In this document: positions 1-8,797 of the stretch, piece after piece
How positions within the stretch are numbered: the stretch's first letter is position 1
How the letters are laid out: every line of letters starts with the position of its first letter
Origin: Thermoanaerobaculia bacterium
GTDB lineage: Bacteria > Acidobacteriota > Thermoanaerobaculia > Multivoradales > Multivoraceae
Assembly: GCA_965116145.1 (NCBI GenBank)
Contig: OZ220482.1
Coordinates: 1,916,143-1,980,142 of the forward strand
Direction of reading: 5' to 3'
Length of the DNA stretch: 64,000 nt
Position numbers and translations under genes: made by a program
Notes under the pieces: model-generated
What the model was told of the DNA's origin: nothing
The model's input: the letters and a program-made list of their open reading frames with translations, nothing else
The model's database searches: none

Positions 1-461
1 GGGTCTCCGGGCTTGATCTCGCCGCTCCGCTGGTGGGCTTCGATGACACCGGTCAGATACTCCAGCAGGGCGCCGGCGGCCTCGCGCAGTTCCGGTTCGT
101 CCTGGCGCGCGATCGCTTCCTTGCCCCACATGAGACGGTAGTGTGCGGGATGCTCCAGCGAGAACCGCACGTACTCTTCGCCCATGCGCCGAAGCCGATC
201 CAGGCCGGCCGGCGAACCAGCGGCGTCCAGCGCCTCAAGTCGGCGGCGAAGACGCACGAATCCCTCGACCGCCACCGCCACCAGAAGAGCGGCCTTGTCC
301 GGAAAGTGGCGGTAGGGTGCCGCCCTGGACACACCGAGCCGGCCGCCGATCGCCCGCATCGTCACAGTGGCGGCGCCGCCCTCCGAGACCATGGCGGCGG
401 CTTCTTCGACAAGAGAAGCCCTGAGATCCGGGTGATGGTACGCGCGGACTCCCTCGGCCAT
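1..461 (-). CDS. TetR/AcrR-family transcriptional regulator (partial; C-terminal end beyond window start)
   Basis: Minus-strand ATG at 461..459 opens MAEGVRAYHHPDLRASLVEEAAAMVSEGGAATVTMRAIGGRLGVSRAAPYRHFPDKAALLVAV..., a typical TetR N-terminal HTH. No stop inside window, so not in ORF track. Confidence 0.65.
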   Translation of the reverse strand, partial: MAEGVRAYHHPDLRASLVEEAAAMVSEGGAATVTMRAIGGRLGVSRAAPYRHFPDKAALLVAVAVEGFVRLRRRLEALDAAGSPAGLDRLRRMGEEYVRFSLEHPAHYRLMWGKEAIARQDEPELREAAGALLEYLTGVIEAHQRSGEIKPGD

Positions 462-517
462 GAGCGATTATGGCAAGTTGGCCGGCGACCCGGTCGGCGT
501 GTTCCCGCAGTGCGGCG

Positions 518-1084
518 ATGAGCGGCAGCGCGAACCGCAGGCTGCCGTGGGTGCTGGTCACCGGGAACCCCGACAAGAGTCGGGAGGCCGAGCGGATCGT
601 GGGTCGGCCGATCGAGACGGCGGCGATCGACCTGCCGGAGATCCAGTCCGGCGATCTGATCGAGGTGCTCCGGTTCAAGGCCGGCACCGCCTGGCGGCGG
701 CTCCGGCGACCGGTGGTGGTGGAAGAGACCGGGCTGGAACTCGCCTGCATGAACGGGTTTCCGGGACCGCTCGTGAAGTGGATGCTGCAGGCAGTGGGCG
801 GCGAGGGGATCGCGCGGATCGCCATCCGGGCGGGCGACCCGGCCGCCGTGGCCCGTTGCGCGCTGATGCTCGTCGACGGCGACCGCGAGGTGATCGCCGA
901 GGGCAGAATGAACGGTCGGCTCGTCCATCCGCCTCGGGGCGAACGGGGGTTCGGGTGGGATCCGGTGTTCGAGCCCGACGGGCACGAACAGACCTGCGCC
1001 GAACTCGGCGTTGACGTCAAGGACCGGATCGGCCACCGCGGCCGCGCCTGGCGCCGGTTCCTGGGAACGTCGGGGACCGGCTGA
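518..1084 (+). CDS. rdgB: non-canonical purine NTP pyrophosphatase (RdgB/Ham1 family)
   Basis: LVTGNPDKSREAE..., GFGWDPVFEPDGHEQTCAEL...KDRIGHRGRAWRRF match Ham1 motifs. Internal ATG 518 (MSGSANRRLPWVLVTGN) chosen over track start 470. Confidence 0.7.
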   Translation: MSGSANRRLPWVLVTGNPDKSREAERIVGRPIETAAIDLPEIQSGDLIEVLRFKAGTAWRRLRRPVVVEETGLELACMNGFPGPLVKWMLQAVGGEGIARIAIRAGDPAAVARCALMLVDGDREVIAEGRMNGRLVHPPRGERGFGWDPVFEPDGHEQTCAELGVDVKDRIGHRGRAWRRFLGTSGTG

Positions 1085-1108
1085 CCGGGGGAACCTGCGG
1101 GCGCGGGT

Positions 1109-2680
1109 TCAGGAAAGGTCGAACAGGTCGACCGAGATCGACTCGTCCAGGGCCAGGAGAGCCGACAGGCACTCGTCGTCGGGCGGCTGATCGAGCCGCA
1201 GGACGGCCAGGGCGTGGCCGCCTGGCTCGCGGGCCAGGTGGATGTCCGCGATGTTGATGCCGTCGTTGCCGAGCAGCGTGCCGAGGCGCCCCACGAAGCC
1301 GGGAACATCGCGGTTGCGGACGACGAGAAGCAGACCCCGCGGCTTGAACTCCAGCCGGAACCCGCCGAAGGACACCACGCGCAGGTCGCCCTGCCGATAG
1401 ACGGTACCGGACACCGGGATCGAGCGGCCCTCGGCGTTGCTCGCATCGACCTGCACGAGGTGCGCGAACGAGGTCCGGTCGTTGTGGACGGCCTGCACGT
1501 GCTCGATCGAGCGATCGGCCGCAGTTCGCTCAGCGTTCACGTAGTTCACCGCCTCGCCGCACGAGGGCGCCAGGGCTCCCTTCAGCGCAGCCACGGCCAC
1601 CGACTTCCGCAGATCCTCCTCGACGCCCCAGAGATCGACCTGCACCCTCTGCAGGCTGCCGCCGACCGCTGCCGCCGCCAGACGGCCGAGCTGCTCGCCC
1701 AGACGCAGGAACGGCTCGCCGCGAGCACCCGACGAACGAAAGGGCAGGTTCACGGCCGAGACGGCAAGGGAACCCTCGAGCGCCGCCAGCACCATGCGTG
1801 CGGTCTCGGTGGCGATCCGCTCCTGTGCCTCGGAGGTCTGCGCGCCGATATGGGGTGTCGCGACGACCCGAGGATGGGCAGCCAGCCGGTAGTCCGTCGG
1901 CGGCTCCTCCGGGAACACGTCGAGGCCGGCGCCCGCCAGCTTGCCCGAATCGAGCGCTTCGAGCAGCGCTTCCGCGTCCACGACACCACCCCGGCCCACG
2001 TTGATCACCGCCGCACCGTCCTTCATCGAGGCGATGCGCTGCCGGTTCAGCATCTTCCGCGTCTGATCGGTGAGCGGTGTGTGGAAGGTGATGAAGTCCG
2101 AGCGTCCGAGCAGGTCGTCAAGCGAGGTCGGTTCGACATCGAGCCGCTGAGCCACCTCGGCCTGCAGATAGGGGTCGGCGGCCAGTACGTCCATCTCGAA
2201 CGCGCGGGCGCGCCCGGCGACCCGCCGACCGATCTGTCCGAACCCGATGATCCCGAGGGTCTTGCCGTGGAGCTCACTGCCGACGTGGCTCTTCCGGTCC
2301 CAGCGCTTCGCCTTGAGCGACGCATCCGCCGCAGGAATCCGCCGTGCCAGCGCCAGCAGCAGCGCGAGAGTGTGTTCGGCAGCCGAGAGCGAGTTCGCGG
2401 TCGGCGCGTTGATCACGAGGACGCCGCGCTGCGTCGCCGCAGCGATGTCGATGTTGTCGACACCGACGCCGGCGCGGCCCACCACCCTGAGGCGACTTCC
2501 ACCCGCCAGGACCTCGCGCGTGATCTGCGTGCCGCTGCGGACGATGACCGCGTCGTAGTCGGCGATCAGCTCTGCCAGGCGCGGCCGGTCTTCGTCCTGC
2601 AGCACGTCGACCCGGGCGCTGCGGCGCAGGACCTCGGCGCCAGCCGGCGCCAGGGAATCGGCGATCAGGATCCGCTGCAT
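1109..2680 (-). CDS. serA: D-3-phosphoglycerate dehydrogenase with C-terminal ACT domain
   Basis: 524 aa from ATG 2680 (MQRILIADS...). NAD-binding GIIGFGQIGRRVA, catalytic HTPLT..., VINVGRGGVVD; C-terminal ACT region. Track ORF 1109..3121 trimmed at N-terminus. Confidence 0.9.
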   Translation of the reverse strand: MQRILIADSLAPAGAEVLRRSARVDVLQDEDRPRLAELIADYDAVIVRSGTQITREVLAGGSRLRVVGRAGVGVDNIDIAAATQRGVLVINAPTANSLSAAEHTLALLLALARRIPAADASLKAKRWDRKSHVGSELHGKTLGIIGFGQIGRRVAGRARAFEMDVLAADPYLQAEVAQRLDVEPTSLDDLLGRSDFITFHTPLTDQTRKMLNRQRIASMKDGAAVINVGRGGVVDAEALLEALDSGKLAGAGLDVFPEEPPTDYRLAAHPRVVATPHIGAQTSEAQERIATETARMVLAALEGSLAVSAVNLPFRSSGARGEPFLRLGEQLGRLAAAAVGGSLQRVQVDLWGVEEDLRKSVAVAALKGALAPSCGEAVNYVNAERTAADRSIEHVQAVHNDRTSFAHLVQVDASNAEGRSIPVSGTVYRQGDLRVVSFGGFRLEFKPRGLLLVVRNRDVPGFVGRLGTLLGNDGINIADIHLAREPGGHALAVLRLDQPPDDECLSALLALDESISVDLFDLS

Positions 2681-2702
2681 GGCGGCGGATTGTTGCAGCG
2701 CT

Positions 2703-3887
2703 TCAGGTGTACAGCAAGACCGATTCGCACTCGGCTCGGAATTCCTGCTGGTCCTGCGGCCATGCAGTGAACCAGCGCTCGACCGAGCCAGGGGTCTCGA
2801 GACCGAGTCGGAAACGATCCGTTCCCGCCAGTAGATCGATCGCCGGCGTGTTCTCGACGAACTCGTAGGGCTCGTGCCGCCAACGGAAGTCCTCACCCAG
2901 AACGTCGCGAAAGGCCAGCAGCAGCTCGAAGCCCAGCCGCACCGGCCGCAGGAGCCCTGCATCCAGGAGCCGCAGCTCGACGCCGGCGCACACGGAGCCG
3001 GCGTGCTTCTGGAACTGGGGCCTGAACATCGCGGGAACCACGGAGACTCCCTTGATCCCGGCAGCCGCCAGGCGCTCGCCGCAGCGTGCCGCCAGAGCCG
3101 GAGCGTCGGCGCCCGGGACACCCAGAAGCTGAAACGGCCTTGTCGTCCCGCGTCCCTCGGACACCGTGGTCGCTTCGAACAGGCACAGGCCCGGGTAGAG
3201 ATGCACCGTCTCCGGTGTCGGCATGTTGGGCGACGGTGCCGTCCAGGGCCAGCCGGTGTCCCGCCATGCCTGCTGTCGGCGCCAGCCGCCGACCTCGAAG
3301 ACCGTCAGCAGGGAGGCGTCCCAGCGCCGGCGGCGGGCCTCCAACCGCAGGATCTCCGCAACCGTCAGACCATGGCGCTGCGGCATCCGGAAGGCGCCGA
3401 CGAAGGACGCGAACCCGGTCTCGGTGAGGTTTCCCTCCACTTCCAGACCGCCCAGCGGATTGGGTCGATCGAGGACCCACACTTCGCATCCCGAGCTCAG
3501 CGCCGCCTCGGCGGCCCAGACCGCGGTGGCGGCGAAGGTGTAGTAGCGCGCACCCACATCCTGGAGATCGATCACCAGCAGATCGCAGCCGTCGAAGATA
3601 CCCGGCCTCGGCCGGAGGCTGCGTATGTCGTCGCCGTAGAGCGACACCAACGGCCGGCCGGTCCACGGTTCGCGCTGGTCGCCCGACGCGACCATGTCCT
3701 GTTCGACACCATGGAATCCATGCTCGGGCCCCAGAAGGACCTCCGCGGGTTGGATTTCGTCCAGGGCCACGTGGGCGTGGACGCCGGCAAGGCTCAAGGA
3801 CGCCTGGTGGCAGAGCAACGCGTAGCGTCGTCCCCTGAGGCGCCCGGAGTCGTCGAGCAGGCGGTCGAGTCCGGACCGGATCGGCAC
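2703..3887 (-). CDS. DUF1343 / NamZ-like exo-beta-N-acetylmuramidase family protein
   Basis: 394 aa, GTG start. Resemblance to the DUF1343 (YbbC/NamZ) fold (RYALLCHQASLSL..., SLYGDD..., VLDRPNPLGG). Assignment from memory of the family, not searched. Confidence 0.55.
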   Translation of the reverse strand: MPIRSGLDRLLDDSGRLRGRRYALLCHQASLSLAGVHAHVALDEIQPAEVLLGPEHGFHGVEQDMVASGDQREPWTGRPLVSLYGDDIRSLRPRPGIFDGCDLLVIDLQDVGARYYTFAATAVWAAEAALSSGCEVWVLDRPNPLGGLEVEGNLTETGFASFVGAFRMPQRHGLTVAEILRLEARRRRWDASLLTVFEVGGWRRQQAWRDTGWPWTAPSPNMPTPETVHLYPGLCLFEATTVSEGRGTTRPFQLLGVPGADAPALAARCGERLAAAGIKGVSVVPAMFRPQFQKHAGSVCAGVELRLLDAGLLRPVRLGFELLLAFRDVLGEDFRWRHEPYEFVENTPAIDLLAGTDRFRLGLETPGSVERWFTAWPQDQQEFRAECESVLLYT

Positions 3888-3900
3888 GATCGCCGGGTCG

Positions 3901-4380
3901 TCAGGAGGAGGCGCCGCGACGATACTCGCCGCTGCGGCCGCCGCTCTTCGCCTCCAGCCGCAAGTCCGAGATGACCGCGCCGCGTTCGACCGACTTGACC
4001 ATGTCGTAGAGGGCGAGGGCAGCGGCGGCGCAGGCAGTCAGTGCTTCCATCTCGGCCCCCGTGCGAGCGGTCGCAACGACGCGGCTGCGTATCTCCACAC
4101 CGCCTGCCGCCGGCTCGATGTCCACCTCCACCTGATCGAGTGCCAGCGGATGGGCCAGGGGAACCCAGGTCGCCGTGCTCTTCGCCGCCTGCACGCCGGC
4201 GATCCGGGCGACGGTCACGGCGTCGCCCTTGGGCAAGGTCTGCAGGCGTTCGACGGTCAGGTCGGAGATCAGGACGCGGCAGGAAGCCTCGGCCGCGCGC
4301 CGGGTCACGTCCTTGGCGGAGACATCGACCATGGCGGCCCGGCCGCGGCGGTCCAGATGGCTGAAGCTCTCGTTCTTCAT
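3901..4380 (-). CDS. moaC: cyclic pyranopterin monophosphate synthase accessory protein MoaC
   Basis: SHLDRRGRAAMVDVSAKDVTRR, GDAVTVARIAGVQAAKSTATWVPLAHPLAL are MoaC signatures. 159 aa, ATG start. Confidence 0.85.
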   Translation of the reverse strand: MKNESFSHLDRRGRAAMVDVSAKDVTRRAAEASCRVLISDLTVERLQTLPKGDAVTVARIAGVQAAKSTATWVPLAHPLALDQVEVDIEPAAGGVEIRSRVVATARTGAEMEALTACAAAALALYDMVKSVERGAVISDLRLEAKSGGRSGEYRRGASS

Positions 4381-4425
4381 CGCGGCAGCCCGGCGCGCAC
4401 AAGGGCGCCGGCGCCGCTCGCTAAC

Positions 4426-4596
4426 CTAGCAGCCTGTCGCAAGGGTCACGCCGTACTCGTTTCCGCCATGCATCTCCGTCCGGCTGCGTTGCTTTTCACT
4501 CAGACATGCACGACATGCGTCGCCATGATGAAGCCTTGCCGGACGGGCGCCTGACCGCTCCCGGTGCGACACGAACGTCCGCCACGGATTGCCAGG
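4426..4596 (-). repeat. MITE-like element copy (full length, orientation B), in divergent moaC/GT2 intergenic region
   Basis: ctagcagcctgtcgc...gccatgcatctccgtccggctgcgttgcttttc...ccttgccggacgggcgcctgaccgctcccggtgcgacac...ccacggattgccagg. Shares both conserved cores and terminal inverted repeats with the 8555..8722 copy. Confidence 0.7.
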
Positions 4597-4601
4597 AGGA
4601 G

Positions 4602-5285
4602 ATGCGAGTCGCGATCGTCATGCCGGTGCTGGAGGAGGCGGCACGGGTACAGGACGCCGTCGACGCGGCCCGCGCTCACTGCGACGAACTCCTCGTCATC
4701 GACGGCGGCAGCACGGATCGGACCGCGGAACTGGCCGCCGACAGGGGCGCCCGGGTTGTCACCCTGCCGCGGGCCGGGCGCGGGCTGCAGCTCCGAACGG
4801 GCGCTGACCTGGCCCTCCGGACCGGCGCCGATGTGCTGCTCTTCCTCCACGCCGACACGCGGCTGCCGCCGGCCGCCAGGTCCGGCCTGGAGGAAGCGGT
4901 GCAGGCCGGTGCGGTCGGCGGCGGTTTCCTGATCGACTTCGAGCCGACATCGCCGCTGTTGCGGCGCGGCCGGGTCCTGGTCGATTTCCGCACCCGCCGG
5001 CTGCGTCTGCCGCTCGGCGACCAGGCCCAGTTCGCCACGGCCGCGGCCTACGCCGCCAGCGGCGGCTTCTCCGACCTGCCGATTCTCGAGGATCTCGACT
5101 TCATCGGCCGTCTCCGCCGGCAGGGACCGATCTCCATCGTCGAGCAGCGCGCGACGACGTCATCCCGACGCTTCGCCGAACGAGGCGTGGTGCGCACCGT
5201 CGCGACGAACTGGCTGATCTGGTTGCTGTTCGCGGCCGGCGTCAAGCCGACCCGGCTGGCCAGCCTCTACCCCCTGGTGCGCTGA
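4602..5285 (+). CDS. family-2 glycosyltransferase
   Basis: ATG 4602 preceded by AGGAGGAG. MRVAIVMPVLEEA..ELLVIDGGSTDRT..RGARVV is a GT-A fold N-terminus. The track N-terminal 32 aa are read-through of the upstream MITE copy. Confidence 0.7.
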   Translation: MRVAIVMPVLEEAARVQDAVDAARAHCDELLVIDGGSTDRTAELAADRGARVVTLPRAGRGLQLRTGADLALRTGADVLLFLHADTRLPPAARSGLEEAVQAGAVGGGFLIDFEPTSPLLRRGRVLVDFRTRRLRLPLGDQAQFATAAAYAASGGFSDLPILEDLDFIGRLRRQGPISIVEQRATTSSRRFAERGVVRTVATNWLIWLLFAAGVKPTRLASLYPLVR

Positions 5286-5442
5286 CCGGGGGGGCTCCGG
5301 CCCCGAAGCCTCGAGACGACCTCCTCCCCGCACCCGCTGTCCTCGCGGTGTTCCGTTCGTTGGAGCGAACGCGGAACTCCGCGAAGCTGGTTCTTCGGAG
5401 CGCGGTCGTGACGAGGTCCTGAGGGCCGGGACCGGACCCGGA

Positions 5443-5718
5443 CTAGTTGAGCGCGTCCTTCAGCGGACGGCTGACCTTGAACCGAACACTGTTGCTGGCC
5501 GCGATGGTCAGCGACGCGCCGGTCTGCGGGTTGCGCCCCGTGCGGGCGCCGCGGTGGGACACGGAGAAGCTCCCGAGGCCCGGAAGCTGCACGCGGTCAC
5601 CCTTCTGCAGGTGGCTCGAGATGCTGTCGATCAGAGAATCGACGGCATCCACCGCCTGCTTCTTGCTCAGACCCGCGCCCTCGGCCACGGCGTCTACGAT
5701 GTCTGCCTTTCCGGCCAT
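5443..5718 (-). CDS. hup: HU/IHF-family DNA-binding protein
   Basis: MAGKADIVDAVAEGAGLSKKQAVDAVDSLIDSISSHLQKGDRVQLPGLGSFSVSHRGARTGRNPQTG, 91 aa. AGGAGGAG RBS upstream of ATG 5718. Confidence 0.85.
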   Translation of the reverse strand: MAGKADIVDAVAEGAGLSKKQAVDAVDSLIDSISSHLQKGDRVQLPGLGSFSVSHRGARTGRNPQTGASLTIAASNSVRFKVSRPLKDALN

Positions 5719-5916
5719 CGAACGTCTCCTCCTGAGTTGGGTTATGGATGTCGAGCCCGTCGGGCTCCCCGAGTTGAACCGAAGCACCGGCACGAGACCG
5801 GAAGCCAAGCCGACGCAGCGTTCCAGACGGGCGGCTCCGACGCACGGCTCCTAGTGTCCGATGGCATCTTCAGGTATGCTCGGTTGTTTTGCTTCGTGAT
5901 ACCCGCGAAGCGCCGC

Positions 5917-5947
5917 AAATGTACGCCGAAGAAAGCCGAACTGTCAA
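5917..5947 (-). promoter_or_regulatory. putative sigma-70 promoter for hup (TTGACA-N19-TACATT)
   Basis: On minus strand TTGACA (5947..5942) and TACATT (5922..5917) in an AT-richer stretch. Would give a ~190-nt 5' UTR. Confidence 0.25.
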
Positions 5948-6010
5948 TACTGGCCGACACTTCCGGCCGTCGGAAGGGTCCACGAACCGGTTCACGCCGT
6001 CGTGCAGCCG

Positions 6011-6107
6011 CCTGGCAGTCCGTGGCAGAAGTCCGTGTCGCACCGTCGCACCGGGAGCGGTCAGGCGCCCGCCCGGCAAGGGTGCGATAGTCGTGCATAC
6101 TGCCAGG
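6011..6107 (+). repeat. MITE-like element copy (internally deleted, orientation A) just downstream of rsmB stop
   Basis: cctggcagtccgtggcagaagtccgtgtcgcacc(gtcgcacc)gggagcggtcaggcgcccgcccggcaagg...gcatactgccagg. Left TIR plus core 1 (with an 8-bp duplication) joined to a right-TIR remnant. Confidence 0.6.
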
Positions 6108-6130
6108 CCGATCCCGCTGCGTCTGCAAGC

Positions 6131-7537
6131 TCACTCGGCGGCGCGCTGAAGAACCTGGACCGTGAACCCGTCATGACCTTCGGCCGGAAGCAGTCGCCAC
6201 AACCCGGGCCCCGCCACATGGCCGTCCGCCGGCCTGCCGAGATCGGCGTGCAGGTCCCGCCGCCTGAAGTCGGACCGTGATCCCAGGAAGGCCGCCGCGA
6301 CCTCCTCGTTCTCCTCGGGCTCGATCGAGCAGGTGACCACGACCAGCAATCCGCCCGGCCGCACGCAGTCGGCAGCGCCAAGGACCAGCGAACGGGCCTG
6401 TTCCGCCAGCCGGTCGATCTCCTCGGCGCTGATCCGCCACTTGAGTTCGGGGTGCTTGCGCAGGGTGCCGGTACCGCTGCACGGCAGATCGACGACGACG
6501 CGGTCGAAGCGGTCGCGGAACGGAAGGGCAGCGCCGTCAGCCGCGCAGAACGACGGCGCCAGGGCCAGGCGGGAGGCGTTGCCACGCATCGTCCACAGAC
6601 GCGCCAGGGACACGTCACAAGCCACGCAGCGGAGATCCGGCTGCTCCGCGAGCGCCGCGAAGGTCTTGCCGCCCGGCGCCGCGGCGATGTCGAGCACCCG
6701 CTCCCCCGGCGCCGGCGGCGGCACGATCGCTGCCAACTGGCTGGCCTCGTCCTGAACGTAGAAGGCGCCGCGACGGTAGGCCTCCGAGAGCAGCGGGTTG
6801 CCCCACTGGACGGTCACGCTGTGCGGCGCCAGGGCCGACGGCTCGACGCCCACATCGTCGTCGATCAACTGCTCGGCCAGCAAGCCGCGGCCGCCGCGAT
6901 CGCGGAACGCCAGCAGGTGCAGCGGCTTCGGGCGGTTGTTCGCGGTCAGGATGGCGAGCGTCTGCTGCTCGCCATAGGTGCGCAGCCAGCGCTTGACCAG
7001 CAGGTCCGGATGGGAGTGCAGGAGGCCCAGTCGGGCCGCCGGATCGACCTCCTCGACCGGCCAGGCGTCTCGACGCGGCGAACGGGCAATGCGCCGCAGC
7101 ACGCCGTTGACGAAGCTGGCGCCGCCGGAATGGGTGCGGTTCGCCGCCTGCTCCACCGCCTCGTTGACCGCCGCGTGGTTGGGAATACGGTCCAGAAAGA
7201 ACAGCTGGTACACGGCAATCCGCAACGGCGCCAGCAGCGAGCGTTGAACCCGGGAAAGAGGACGCCCGGACGCGGAGGCGAGCACATGGTCGATGAAGCG
7301 CAACCAGCGCAGCGTTCCCAGAACGAGTTCCCGCAGCAGTCCGTGGTCCTTCGGGTCGCAACGTTCCAGAGCATCGTTCAGAAACGTCGACACCGGCGCC
7401 CTGGACTCCAGCGTGCGCTCGAGAACGAAGGCGGCCGATTCCCTGACCCTGGCGTGAACGGTGAGCGGAGCATCGGACCGACGGCGGCTCCAGCCCGAGG
7501 CGGAGCCCAGGTTTCGGATCGGCCGCCGACGCGTCAC
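6131..7537 (-). CDS. rsmB: 16S rRNA (cytosine967-C5)-methyltransferase
   Basis: C-terminal SAM MTase motifs DIAAAPGGKT, DRVVVDLPCSGTG, PGGLLVVVTCS; N-terminal NusB-like region. GTG 7537 overlaps fmt stop (GTGA). Track N-terminus trimmed. Confidence 0.85.
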   Translation of the reverse strand: MTRRRPIRNLGSASGWSRRRSDAPLTVHARVRESAAFVLERTLESRAPVSTFLNDALERCDPKDHGLLRELVLGTLRWLRFIDHVLASASGRPLSRVQRSLLAPLRIAVYQLFFLDRIPNHAAVNEAVEQAANRTHSGGASFVNGVLRRIARSPRRDAWPVEEVDPAARLGLLHSHPDLLVKRWLRTYGEQQTLAILTANNRPKPLHLLAFRDRGGRGLLAEQLIDDDVGVEPSALAPHSVTVQWGNPLLSEAYRRGAFYVQDEASQLAAIVPPPAPGERVLDIAAAPGGKTFAALAEQPDLRCVACDVSLARLWTMRGNASRLALAPSFCAADGAALPFRDRFDRVVVDLPCSGTGTLRKHPELKWRISAEEIDRLAEQARSLVLGAADCVRPGGLLVVVTCSIEPEENEEVAAAFLGSRSDFRRRDLHADLGRPADGHVAGPGLWRLLPAEGHDGFTVQVLQRAAE

Positions 7538-8535
7538 GCCTGTGTCCTGAAGCGCTCGCCGGCCGCCAGCCGCAGACCGTTCGCGAAGTCCACGCCACCG
7601 ATCGGACGACGGCCCGGCCGCTGCACGCGGACCAGCACCAGGGCAGACGGGCCGCCGCAACGCACGACGGCCGCCCGGCCGAGACCTTCCACCTGGAGAC
7701 ACCCAAGGAACGCGCCCGGCCGATCGTCCCGGGCGTCGAGGCCGTCCGGACGGGCGAACGCAGCCAGGGGCCTCACCTCGAGGATCCTGATGGCCTCGCC
7801 CCGCAGCCTGGTCCGCGACCCCGGCCACGGTTCGTAGGCGCGCACGCGGCCCGCGATCGCGGAGGCCTCCCGGGTCCAGTCGACAACGCCGTCCTCCGAC
7901 CGCAGCATCGGAGCATGGCTCGCCGCGTCCTCGGACTGCGGGCGGGGTTCGACCTCACCGGCTTCCAGACCGTCGAGAGTGCGGACGAGCAGGCGCGCGC
8001 CCACCGCGGCAAGGCGCGGCGTCAACTCGCCCGCCGTCTCGCAGGGGCCGATGGCGACCTCCTCGCTCAACAGGATCGGCCCGGTGTCGAGGCCTTCCTC
8101 CATGACCATCGTGGTCACTCCCGTCACTTCTTCCCGGTTGGCGATCGCGGACTGGATCGGTGACGCCCCGCGGTAGGCCGGCAGCAGGGAGGCGTGGACA
8201 TTCAGGCAGCCCCGGGACGGCAGCTCGAGCAAGGCCCGAGGGAGAATTCTGCCGTAGGCCACGACCACGGCCAGGTCAAGGTCCAGTGCACGGATGCGGC
8301 CGAGAAACTCGCCATCGAGCAGCCGCACCGGCTGCAACAGGTCCACCTCGTGAGCCAGCGCCCAGCGGGCCACCGGAGGTTCGACCACCCTGCTGCCCCG
8401 GCCCGCCCGCCGCGCCGGTTGGCTGACGACGACCACCGGGCGGCGACCCGCCGCGTCCAGTGCCGCCAACGACGGCACCGCGAACTCCGGTGTGCCGAAG
8501 AACGCGATCCTCCGGAGTCTCGGCCGCGCAGACAT
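7534..8535 (-). CDS. fmt: methionyl-tRNA formyltransferase
   Basis: MSARPRLRRIAFFGTPEFAVPSL..., HASLLPAYRGASPIQ. ATG 8535 (track shows GTG 8541). Confidence 0.9.
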   Translation of the reverse strand: MSARPRLRRIAFFGTPEFAVPSLAALDAAGRRPVVVVSQPARRAGRGSRVVEPPVARWALAHEVDLLQPVRLLDGEFLGRIRALDLDLAVVVAYGRILPRALLELPSRGCLNVHASLLPAYRGASPIQSAIANREEVTGVTTMVMEEGLDTGPILLSEEVAIGPCETAGELTPRLAAVGARLLVRTLDGLEAGEVEPRPQSEDAASHAPMLRSEDGVVDWTREASAIAGRVRAYEPWPGSRTRLRGEAIRILEVRPLAAFARPDGLDARDDRPGAFLGCLQVEGLGRAAVVRCGGPSALVLVRVQRPGRRPIGGVDFANGLRLAAGERFRTQA

Positions 8536-8554
8536 CGACACCGTGAGCCTAGCC

Positions 8555-8722
8555 CTAGCAGTCCGTGGCAGAAGTCGCGTGTCGCACCGAGAGCGGTCAG
8601 GCGCCCGTCCGGCAAGGCGCGAAGGTTACGCATATTGGGGCATATGTGACCGAAGAGCAACGCAGCCGGGCGGGATGCATGGCTGAAACGAATGCAACGT
8701 GACTTCTGCCACGGACTGCTAG
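8555..8722 (+). repeat. MITE-like element, full-length reference copy (orientation A)
   Basis: 168 bp. TIR ctagcagtccgtggcagaagt ... acttctgccacggactgctag. Core 1 gtgtcgcaccgagagcggtcaggcgcccgtccggcaaggcgcg; core 2 gaagagcaacgcagccgggcgggatgcatggc. Sits 20 bp upstream of fmt start. Confidence 0.8.
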
Positions 8723-8797
8723 CTAGTACCTCACCGATCACCGGCTCAAGCCGTGCTCCGCCCGCTGCGGACCCCGTGGCCAGCCAGGCTGCAACCG

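Noticed and set aside
235-1446. Long antisense or alternate-frame ORFs throughout (e.g. 235..1446-, 6452..7837+, 8753..10390+, 13190..15409+, 16487..18634+, 19756..21072+, 21744..23438+, 31368..33836-, 38739..40766+, 40133..42280+, 44165..46015+, 47427..49160+, 48350..51019-, 54140..56554-, 60045..62975+)
   Set aside because: Low-complexity Arg/Ala/Pro/Gly-rich translations typical of stop-codon-poor frames in ~70% GC DNA. Each overlaps a gene with clear conserved motifs on the other frame or strand.
5286-5442. Hairpins GGGGCTCCGGCCCC and GTTCCGTTCG..CGAACGCGGAAC between GT2 and hup as bidirectional terminators
   Set aside because: GC-rich stems but no flanking U/A tracts on either strand. 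Could be rho-dependent or protein-binding sites, so not callable.
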